64,000 nucleotides of DNA from positions 151,531-215,530 of the forward strand of contig CAVWOU010000001.1 in assembly GCA_963756745.1 (NCBI GenBank). The letters run 5' to 3'. The translations under genes were made by a program, and so were the position numbers. This document shows positions 44,963 through 52,937 of this stretch, in pieces. The stretch comes from an uncultured Thermoleophilia bacterium (GTDB lineage Bacteria > Actinomycetota > Thermoleophilia > Solirubrobacterales > 70-9). The notes beneath the pieces were generated by a model. That model was given only the letters and a program-made list of their open reading frames with translations, ran no database searches and was not told the DNA's origin. Numbering within the stretch: position 1 is the first letter of the stretch; every line of letters starts with the position of its first letter.

Positions 44963-45010
44963 CGTCCGAGGGGCCCGGCGCGTCTTCGCCGGCGCGATAC
45001 TGCGCAGGAG

Positions 45011-45423
45011 ATGTCCCAGGAGAATGTCGAGATCGTGCGATCGGCCTTCGCCGCATGGAATCGCGGGGACCTCGACGCCTGGCTCGACCACTGGGACGAG
45101 CAGGCGCAGATCTACCCCTGCGCGCTCAGCTGGAGGGGCGCGCGTACCACGGACGTGAAGGGCTGCGCCGGTTCCTGGCCGACATGGCCGAGGATTGGGA
45201 GGGATTGCGCTTCGAGATGGACGAGATCCGGGAAGCGGATGAGCAGATCGTCGGATCCGGCCGGTTTCAGGCACGGGGACGAGTTAGCGGGATTGAACTC
45301 GATGTCCCGCTTGGCGTGATTGGCGTCGTGCGGAAGGGAAAGCTCGTTTACGCGCGCTTCTTCTCCGACCCCGCCGACGCCATTGCGGCCGCAGGATTGG
45401 TGGAGAAGCCGCCGCCCTCCTGA
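45011..45423 (+). pseudogene. SnoaL/NTF2-like protein, frameshifted
   Basis: MSQENVEIVRSAFAAWNRGDLDAWLDHWDEQAQIYP in one frame continues as LRAQLEGRAYHGREGLRRFLADMAEDWEG... in another. The switch is at the C4 run 45115-45118. The intact paralog lies downstream. Confidence 0.7.
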
Positions 45424-45508
45424 CCAAAGCGGTGGTGCGCCCGGCTCCGACGAGATCAAGTCGCGGGTAGGGATCCTCCCCGTGTGCGCCCGCGATACTT
45501 CGCCGGCG

Positions 45509-45901
45509 ATGTCGCAGGAGAACGTCGAGATCGTGCGCGGAGGCTTCGAGGCGTTCCAGGAGGGGGACGTGAGCCAGATGCTCGATTTGATGGCCGACGA
45601 TCTGGTCACGTACCGAGCCGACCCGGATGGCGCCACCTACCACGGCAAGGAGGGCTTCCTCCGGGCCACCGCTGACTGGACCGAGGACTTCAGTGAGTGG
45701 TCGGTGATCCCCGAGGAGTTCATCGACGCGGGGGATCGCGTCTTGGTGCGCGTTCGGCAGACGGCGCGGGGTGCAGCCAGCGGCATTCCGGTCGAAGGGG
45801 AGTTCTGGTTCGTCTTCGAGATCCGCGGGAGGAGAGCGGCGAAGGTGAGCTTCTACGTCAGACGAGGCGATGCCCTCGAAGCCGCCGGGCTTGCGGAGTA
45901 G
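45509..45901 (+). CDS. SnoaL/NTF2-like protein
   Basis: MSQENVEIVRGGFEAFQEGDVSQMLDLMADDLVTYR... 130 aa. Confidence 0.8.
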   Translation: MSQENVEIVRGGFEAFQEGDVSQMLDLMADDLVTYRADPDGATYHGKEGFLRATADWTEDFSEWSVIPEEFIDAGDRVLVRVRQTARGAASGIPVEGEFWFVFEIRGRRAAKVSFYVRRGDALEAAGLAE

Positions 45902-46103
45902 GCGGGCACATCCTTCGGACCGACCTGGAACATGGGCGGGTGCTCGCTCCCGTCGCACTATCCATACGGGTTCGACACAATTGGACACCTGGGCCTGATC
46001 TACGTCGCGACCGCGGTGTTCGTGGCGGGGGCGGTGATCGCGCTAAAGGGCCTGGCCGAGGAATCGGGCTGAGAAGACAACCGCTCTACGAGAAGGAGAC
46101 GAG

Positions 46104-46871
46104 ATGCCCACCGCAGTTGATGCCCAGGAGCTCGAAACCAAAGTCAAGGACATGTACCGCCACGTCGCTGAGGAGCCACTGGGCGAGTACCACTTCGAGA
46201 TGGGACGGTCGCTGGCCGAGCGGCTCGGCTATTCGGCGGAGGTGCTGGATCGGATCCCTGCGGGGGCCCTGGAGTCGTTCGCCGGCGTCGGGTTCTTCTT
46301 CGACCTTGCGGGGCTGAGCGCCGGCGATCGCGTCATCGACCTCGGCAGCGGATCGGGGACGGACGCCTTCTTCGCCGCGCTACAGGTCGGTGACACGGGC
46401 GGCGTGATGGGTGTCGACTTCACGGCACAGCAGCTCAACAAGGCGCGGCGGCTCGCCAACGAGGGCGGCTTCCCCCAGGTCGAGTTTCGCGAGGGCCGGA
46501 TCGAGAGCCTTCCCGCGGAGGACGGCAGCTTCGACCGCGTGATCTCGAATGGCGTGATCAACCTCGCCCCCGACAAGGGGAGGGTGTTCTCCGAGGCAGC
46601 GCGCGTTTTGAAGCCGGGCGGGCGCCTGGCGATCGCCGATATCGTCAGCGAGCAGCAGCTCAAGGAGTCGATCGTGTGCGACGCCGACCTCTGGGCGTCG
46701 TGCATCGGCGGCGCCGCGCAGCAGGACGCCTACCGCGACGCTATCGAGGGCGCGGGTTTCAAGATCGAGGAGATGCGGGACAACCCGTACGAGTTCATCT
46801 CCGATCGCGCCCGCGACGCAAGCACGAAGTACGGCGTTAGGTCAGTCTCACTACTCGCGGTCGCTCAGTAG
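46104..46871 (+). CDS. Class I SAM-dependent methyltransferase, ArsM/UbiE-like
   Basis: VIDLGSGSGTD, RVISNGVINLAPDKGRVFSEAARVLKPGGRLAIADIV, WASCIGGA. Confidence 0.85.
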   Translation: MPTAVDAQELETKVKDMYRHVAEEPLGEYHFEMGRSLAERLGYSAEVLDRIPAGALESFAGVGFFFDLAGLSAGDRVIDLGSGSGTDAFFAALQVGDTGGVMGVDFTAQQLNKARRLANEGGFPQVEFREGRIESLPAEDGSFDRVISNGVINLAPDKGRVFSEAARVLKPGGRLAIADIVSEQQLKESIVCDADLWASCIGGAAQQDAYRDAIEGAGFKIEEMRDNPYEFISDRARDASTKYGVRSVSLLAVAQ

Positions 46872-46888
46872 CCGACCACACTGTCCGC

Positions 46889-46930
46889 CACCGCTACCGG
46901 GATTCGAACCCGGGTTCCGGACTGAGAATC
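46889..46930 (-). repeat. Orphan copy of the 3' 42 nt of tRNA-Glu (att-like direct repeat)
   Basis: caccgctaccgggattcgaacccgggttccggactgagaatc matches 54608..54650 with a single 1-nt indel. Same orientation. Confidence 0.85.
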
Positions 46931-47072
46931 TCTCTTGCTCTGGAGGATCAGTTCATGCCCGGATTTTGGAGCGGTTTCTTCCAGAAAACGGATCGGCGGT
47001 CTCCAGGTGCAGCACCGCTCGGGGTCACCTCCCCCCGGTTCGTGGGGCTGGGTGTAGGGTCCTCGGGAATCC

Positions 47073-47504
47073 ATGGCGATGAGGAGGTCGGGAACCGTGG
47101 CTGATGAGAGCGCCGTTTCTGATGGTCCGACACGTCTCGCCTACATCCTCGGGGTGCCGCTGGCAGACGACGCCGTTCGAGAATGGCCGCAGATGGGAGA
47201 GATCGTCCGGGGCCGCGACCAGATCGGCGCGGTCGAGGGGCACTTCGAGGAGTTCAGGCTCGCGGTTGGAGAACGCCGCCGCTTCGGCGACTTCCTGCTC
47301 GTTGAGTGGAGCGCCGACTACGGGGACGGCGCCATCTACCGCAATGTGACGATCGCCGAGATCGAGGACGGCGAGGCCGTGCGGGTCACCGACTACTGGG
47401 GAAAGCCGTTCGATACTCCGGACTGGCGCGAGGAAATGACAGACCGGCTCGACATGCCGGCCGACGGTCGGTGGCCTTCGGCCGACCGGCTCTCGGGCCA
47501 CTGA
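47073..47504 (+). CDS. NTF2/SnoaL-like fold protein
   Basis: GDFLLVEWSADYGDGAIYRNVTIAEIEDGEAVRVTDYWGKPF. Confidence 0.55.
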   Translation: MAMRRSGTVADESAVSDGPTRLAYILGVPLADDAVREWPQMGEIVRGRDQIGAVEGHFEEFRLAVGERRRFGDFLLVEWSADYGDGAIYRNVTIAEIEDGEAVRVTDYWGKPFDTPDWREEMTDRLDMPADGRWPSADRLSGH

Positions 47505-47568
47505 ATCGCCTTCTGCATCACAGCGGTCTGCGAGCGGAAGGCTCACGCTGGTCGACTTTCCTCGTCGG

Positions 47569-47632
47569 GCGATACCGAGCGGGCGAGGTCGCAGGAGAAC
47601 GTCGAGATCGTCCGGAAGGGCCTCGAGGCCGC
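47569..47632 (+). pseudogene. 5' remnant of a third SnoaL-like paralog
   Basis: gcgataccgagcgggcgaggtcgcaggagaacgtcgagatcgtccgg reproduces the GCGATAC box and the (M)SQENVEIVR codons. ATG is replaced by AGG. Similarity ends after about 15 codons. Confidence 0.5.
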
Positions 47633-48019
47633 CTACTCGGCGCTTGCGATCGCGTTGCAGAGCTTCGTGAGCGCGTCCTGAGCCTGGCCCGAGGGGAGCT
47701 GGCCGACGGCGCTCTTGCAGGAGCGCTCTGCCTTTGAGAGCGCCTGCTTCACGTCCTCGCCGCCCGTGCTCAGGGCCTGCTTGGCGGTGTCGCCGACGGA
47801 AGTGCAGGCGCCCTCCAGAGCAGTCCCCGCAGTGCCGCCGAGCTGCTGGGCCTCGTCGGTGCACGACTTGACGGCCGCGTCAACCCTCTGCTCCGCACTC
47901 GCCCCGGGGGATGTGGTCGTCGTTGTCTCGTCGTCGTCACCGCCGCATCCGGCGGCGATCAGAGCGCAGACGAACAGCGCCGTGAGCGCCACGCTCGCAT
48001 GGAAACCATGCTTTTCCAC
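47633..48019 (-). CDS. Small lipoprotein, Cys-containing helical
   Basis: Lipobox LIAAGC, Thr-rich linker, six further Cys. Start GTG with AAGGAGG RBS. Confidence 0.65.
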   Translation of the reverse strand: MEKHGFHASVALTALFVCALIAAGCGGDDDETTTTTSPGASAEQRVDAAVKSCTDEAQQLGGTAGTALEGACTSVGDTAKQALSTGGEDVKQALSKAERSCKSAVGQLPSGQAQDALTKLCNAIASAE

Positions 48020-48072
48020 GATGCCTCCTTTGTCGAGTTGCTAGCGAGCGACAGCTTTACGGATCGCCGGAC

Positions 48073-48549
48073 TCAGGGGGGCGGCGCTCTGCCTCCTCCC
48101 GTCGTGCGCTCAAACACCTCGGCCGCCACTTCGCGGACCGCTGGCTCGGGCTCGTGCTCGCGCAGCACCTCGACCTTGGCCGCGAGGTCCTCGCTCGGGG
48201 TCTCGGGCACCGCCTTCAGCGCCGTCTTTCGCACCCCGGGATCGTCGTCGTCGACGAGCGTCAGAAGGACGGCGTCGGCCTGCTCATCCGGCAGGTGGCG
48301 CACGCCTCCCGCCGCGGCGGCGCGGATCGCCGGGTCGTCGCTGGTCGCGGCCTGCTCGAGGATCGGCGCGGCCTGCGGATCGCCGATTCGGCCGGCGAGG
48401 TATGCCGCCTTGGAGGCCAGGTTCGGATCGGGGCCCTCGACGAAGCGCTGCAGGTGCGGCAGGGCGTCGGGGCCGAGCTGGGCCGCCGCCTCGTAATCGG
48501 GCTCCTCGGGATCTAGCGCCGCTCTGACCTGTTCGCTGGTGACTGCCAC
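48073..48549 (-). CDS. HEAT-repeat protein
   Basis: Repeats DPAIRAAAAGGVRHL, DPGVRKTALKAV, EPAVREVAAEVF. Confidence 0.7.
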   Translation of the reverse strand: MAVTSEQVRAALDPEEPDYEAAAQLGPDALPHLQRFVEGPDPNLASKAAYLAGRIGDPQAAPILEQAATSDDPAIRAAAAGGVRHLPDEQADAVLLTLVDDDDPGVRKTALKAVPETPSEDLAAKVEVLREHEPEPAVREVAAEVFERTTGGGRAPPP

Positions 48550-48559
48550 TCGCTCCTCC

Positions 48560-49511
48560 TCAGAGGTCGACCGTGAGCGCGCTGGCCTCCATCGTCGCCT
48601 GCTCGGAGGCGACCAGGTCAGGCGGAGGGTTGGTGATGTTGGCGGTCCCGTTGCCGGTCATCAGCCGGTCGTTGTCGTTGACGTGGGCGAGGCCGAGCAC
48701 GTGTCCGTTCTCATGCGCGAAGGTCCACTGCGTCGCGGTCTTGACGACCACCGCTCTCGGCTTACCCGCCGGGTGCGCAGCGCAGCCGTTGAACGGCGGG
48801 TTCGTGGCGAGGACGAAGTACACGGCGACGTCGTTCGCGACCGACGAAGTTGCGGTTGGTGAAGAGCTGGTCCTGCTCGCTCGTTGTCTGGCCCTGACTG
48901 CATTGGCCGACGTCGACGACGTTTAGCCCCGGCAGGCTGAGCGGCTCCTCCGTCGCCCATTGGAGGTCGACGTGGACGGTGGCGTAGACCTCGCGCATGT
49001 TGTGGAACACCGTCGCGAGCGGAACGTTGGGGGGCGTCAAGACCTTCGCGTGGACCCTCACCAGGGAGGTCACGATCGGAATGCGGTAATTGCCGCTGCC
49101 GGCGCTGCTGTGGTTGCCGCCCGCTGGGCAGTTCGACTGCGCGGCGTTTGGGCCGAACCCCAGCCCCTGGCACTTGTTGCACCAGCGCCACTTGGGCTGG
49201 CCGGCGCCTATCTGGCGCGCGAGGGCGTAGTTTCGGCTGCCAGTCTTCACGTGCCCGCCCCCGGCCGGGCATTTCCCCGCCGTCTGGTTGCCCGCAAACC
49301 ACAGCCCCTGGCACTTGTTGCACCAGCGCCAGTTCGCCTCGTGGTTGGGGGGCGTCGGGGACGCTTGGCGCACGAGCGAGTAGTTGCCGCTTCCCGTCTT
49401 CGCGTGGCTGCCCCCTGCGGGGCACTTTCCCTGCGATGCGCCGCCGCCGAACCACAGCCCCTGGCACTTGTCGCACCAGCGCCAGTTGCGCTGCGTTCCC
49501 CATGCGGGCAC
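48560..49511 (-). pseudogene. Three Cys/His-rich repeats fused to a metzincin-like HExxHxxGxxH protease; one frameshift
   Basis: Repeats NWRWC-KCQGLWF-x(7-8)-CPAGG-H-x(3)-GS-NY, three copies. FAHENGHVLGLAH. The frame changes near 48835-48850 (..LFTNRNFV / ANDVAVYFVLATNPP..). No signal peptide if the GTG 49511 start is used. Confidence 0.65.
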
Positions 49512-49845
49512 CTCGCCTCCCTTCCGCTCGCGTTGTCGACAAACGACAATCGCTCCCCCCGCCACGGGCACGTACGGGGGCTCGACAGGCAGTGTTCTCC
49601 TCCCGGTTGCGCCTGTCAAGCGCCTAAAAACATCGGTCTCGGGGTCGGCTGTCGGGCTCGATCCAACCGGACCGGCGTGCGCCACGCGAGGCGGGGGCGT
49701 TGCCCAATCCGTTGCCCACCTGCCATTCCCTGAAGAGGTAGAGCTACCGTGGTCGGGTGAGGACTCGAGCGACGAGGCCGCTCGGGGCGCCGCGACCTGC
49801 CGCTCTCGTCGGCGCGTTGCTCGAGCGCGTACTGGTCGAGCGCCA

Positions 49846-50160
49846 TCAGCCCGCCTTCGCCCGCCAGTAGTTCCAAGCGACGACAGGGACACCCCGAGCT
49901 CCCGCAGCCCGGCGCGGCCACGCGGTGCCTTCCTCAAACCGCGCGATCGTCGCCTGGTTTACCTCGATCGCCGCCGCGATCCTCAGCTGGAGGACCCCTC
50001 GCTCCTCGCGCGCCTGGCGACAGGCGCGCCCCAGCCACGGCAGGAACGGGCGCGTTACCTCCTCGGCCTCATGGCGCGCCGGTTCGGATAGAACTGGGGG
50101 GATGGTCGTCCCGGTCCTTCGGCGGGCGGCGGGGGAGAACGTGCCCCTCGCCCTGCGCAT
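49846..50160 (-). CDS. XRE-type helix-turn-helix protein; start uncertain
   Basis: WLGRACRQAREERGVLQLRIAAAIEVNQATIARFEEGTAWP. Overlaps the small ORF 50069..50263 in another frame, so it may be a frameshifted single gene. Confidence 0.35.
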   Translation of the reverse strand: MRRARGTFSPAARRRTGTTIPPVLSEPARHEAEEVTRPFLPWLGRACRQAREERGVLQLRIAAAIEVNQATIARFEEGTAWPRRAAGARGVPVVAWNYWRAKAG

Positions 50161-50247
50161 CCCACGCCCGCTGTAGCCACTCGTTGCGCTGCTCCTGAGC
50201 CTGCCCACCCCACGCCCGCTGTAGCCACTCGTTGCGCTGCTCCTGAG
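50161..50247. repeat. Tandem duplication, 48-nt period, 39-nt identical cores
   Basis: cccacgcccgctgtagccactcgttgcgctgctcctgag at 50161-50199 and 50209-50247. Encodes QEQRNEWLQRAW twice on the minus strand. Confidence 0.85.
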
Positions 50248-50339
50248 TCATGGTCGTGGCCATCGCTGCCTCCTTCCTTCCTGACGGGTACCCACAGCCC
50301 GCGCGCCCAAACGAGCCGGAGGTGTCGGCCGACTGACGG

Positions 50340-50421
50340 CACCTGGTAGTCCATCGAGAGGCCGAAGAGGACGGCGAACATGATCAGCGGCACGAAGCTG
50401 GCGATCGGGTCGCCGTCCGCC
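50340..50421 (-). pseudogene. MMPL/RND transporter fragment (about 27 codons)
   Basis: DGDPIASFVPLIMFAVLFGLSMDYQV, a conserved MMPL TM segment with nothing before or after it. Confidence 0.5.
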
Positions 50422-50501
50422 TCAGCCGTGGGCCCGCGTCTCGGGTTTCGATCGGGGCCGCCCGTTACGGCGCACGCATGATCGGTTTCGCGATGGGCCC
50501 G

Positions 50502-52064
50502 CTACCCCAGCGGAGCCAGCAGGGTCTTCTGTCCCTGAAAGGCGAAGAGCAGCAGGTCGACCATGCGGAACGTCGTGTTGTTGGGGCCGAGCGTGGGGCG
50601 CCAGCTCGGGTCCGTGAAGATCGACGTCTGGCTTCCCTCGATCGCGCGGTGAAAGGTCTCGGCGACGATGCGCGCGCCGACCCCCTTCAGCCTGCCCGCG
50701 TTGAACTCGGCCTCGCGCAGGATGTAGAACCACAGCGGGGTGTTTGTGAGCAGCGCGTCCCGTTGCGCCTGGGTGAGCCCGCCGAGCGTGGCGCCGTTGC
50801 TGCCGTCGCGGATCTGGGCGTTGGTGAGCCGGGTCAGCGTCACGCCCTTGTTCTTCAGGAACGTGGCCATCTGCTGGCCGGTGGCCAGGTTCACCATCTT
50901 CGCCCGGGTCAGGTTGCGAAACGCCAGGTTGTTCTCGTCGGCCGCAAAGCCGGGCAGGTCCTTCAACGGCTCCGCCAGGCGGGTGTCGATCCGCATCGCC
51001 CGGTTGAACTTGTTCGCCGGGACGACGAGGCCGGGCTTGTTGGCCTCCCCGAAGTCGTAGAGGCGGCGAAAGTCGGCAATCCAGTTGCTCGGCAGCCGCG
51101 CCTCGCCGCCGAGCTGTCCGCTGCCACCCGAGAAGGTGAACAGGAGGTCGAGGGTGCCCAGGGTGCCCGTGTCGCTGTCGAAGCGGGCGTTCCACTCGTA
51201 ATCCTTGCGGATCATCGAGTGCCCGAGCCGGAAGGCGGCGACCGAGAACTCGATCGGCATCGTCGGGACGACGGTGGGCCGCTGCGCCCGGCTCGAACGC
51301 CTTGCGCCCGCTCGTGAACACGTTGTTGAGGACGCCCGGCGCGCAGATCCGCGGCAGATAGTCGGTCCGGATCATCCAGTGGTAGTGCTTCGTGACGAGC
51401 TCGCGCGCCTTCGCGAAGCGCAGTGCCTGTGGCACCGAGGCGGGGAGGGTGTCGACGACGCGGTTGTGAAAGCGGATGAACGCGAGGTGGGTCTGGGCGA
51501 CCGCGAGGTTCTCGTCGTTTCTCGCATCGGGGATGATCGCCTTGCGCTTCTGCGCCGCCGTGGACCCCTCCCCGCGGGGAAGGTCGAACCCGTCCATCGC
51601 GGCGTCGGTGCCGATCGCGACCGTCTTTCCCATCTTCAGGTGGAGCCCGTCGGCCGCGTAGAACTTCGCCGAGTCGGGATCCTGCGGCCCCGCCCCGTAC
51701 AGCGAATCGAGGTCGAGGCTCGGCGAGCGGGCCTGCAGGAGCTCGCTCGGGGAGACGTGCTCGCCGAACGTGACGTTGGTCACGTCGAAGGTCAGGTCGT
51801 GGTCGATGAACTGGCCGAGGTAGGTGAAGCCGGCGGGGATCTGCGACGCCCCGCCGCCGCCCGCGGCGATCGCGTTGCCGAGCCGCTTGCAGGTTGGACT
51901 CGGTGAGCTGGCGATTGGTCCCCGTTCGGCCCCATGCGCGAGAACCGAAACGGCGGCGTGTCGGCTACGGCGTCCGCCGCGAGCCTGGGCTCCCGGCCCC
52001 CGACGGTCTCACCGAGGAGCCCCTCGCCGAGGACGAAGAAGCTCTCGGAACCATGCTTTTCCAC
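50502..52064 (-). pseudogene. Animal-type haem peroxidase family gene with at least two frameshifts
   Basis: PPFRFSRMGPNG (frame of ORF 51792..52232). IPAGFTYLGQFIDHDLTFD and ARNDENLAVAQTHLAFIRFHNR (ORF 50422..51783). MPIEFSVAAFRLGHSMI (ORF 50502..51260). Frame changes near 51.90-51.94 kb and near 51.285 kb. Confidence 0.8.
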
Positions 52065-52261
52065 GATGCCTCCCTGTCGAATCGATTGCAACTGCGAGGC
52101 CTCGCGCCGGCATTCGCGGCCTCGCCGAACGAGAATCTCACGCCCAATGCCCAGCGTCAAATTTTGACCGCGCGGGCCGTAAGCGGAGCGGCTGTGAGTC
52201 AGAGCGGGTCCGCACGCGGGCGGCGATGTCACCCGCCGGGTAGCTCTCCGAGAGCGCGAAT

Positions 52262-52796
52262 TCAGCCCTCGGGGCCGTCGGGCGGGTCCGCGGCGGGCAG
52301 CTCCGCAGCGGAGCCCTCGACGGCCTCGCTCGGCACCCGTCTGATCGCACCGCCGCAGAGACGTTCGATTTGCACCAAGAGTGCGTTGAAGTTTTCGACC
52401 GTAGCCGGCGCCCTTTCCACCGGGGGACCGCGAAGCTGCGCGGCCTTGTCCGCAGCGATCCCCTTCGACACGGCGACGTTGCGGAGCGCGGTGCTGAGAT
52501 CGCGTGGCTCGAACTTGCCTATGGATTCGCGGTAGCGCTTGGTGAAAGCAGGTGTCCTTAAGCGGCGCCCGCCTATCTTGATTTTGCCACCCGACGAAAC
52601 CATTCCGGCTGCTATCACACCACCGTTGCGGGCTCGCTTGTAAACGGGTCCACCGCTATCGCCGTTCTTAGACTTGACGAGCCGTTTTCTTGACGACCTG
52701 GCCGTGGCCAATATCGGTAGTGACGTTCCTCGCATAGATTTGCCCGCATTTTTGCTTAGCGCTGCGGTAGCCGAAGAAGCAGAGCTTCATCCCGAA
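52262..52796 (-). pseudogene. C-terminal half of an S1 (streptogrisin-like) serine protease, frameshifted, N-terminal half missing
   Basis: GMKLCFFGYRSAKQKCGQIYARNVTTDIGHGQVV then a frame change. NGDSGGPVYKRARNGGVIAAGMVSSG. There is no room for the His/Asp half before the stop at 52938. AT-richer patch. Confidence 0.5.
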
Positions 52797-52937
52797 GCGA
52801 AAGGCGCTGTTGCTGAACCCGGCCCGACCGCCTGATCACGAAACTGCGTGAACCGGCCAACGGCCAGTTTGTGGGTCCCGAGTTGATGTCGACATGCGGC
52901 CCCCGGCGCGCCGTGAGCAGGACGCCAACGCGAGCGC

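Noticed and set aside
45932-46072. 46-codon ORF MGGCSLPSHYPYGFDTIGHLGLIYVATAVFVAGAVIALKGLAEESG upstream of the ArsM-like gene
   Set aside because: It has one plausible TM helix but no recognisable RBS and no coupling to neighbours. The evidence is insufficient to call it a gene.
49100-49510. Periodic DNA repeat of about 150 nt that might be mistaken for an array
   Set aside because: The repeats are imperfect, have no unique spacers, and translate into the three Cys/His-rich protein repeats. This is not a CRISPR array. I saw no CRISPR-like array anywhere in the window.
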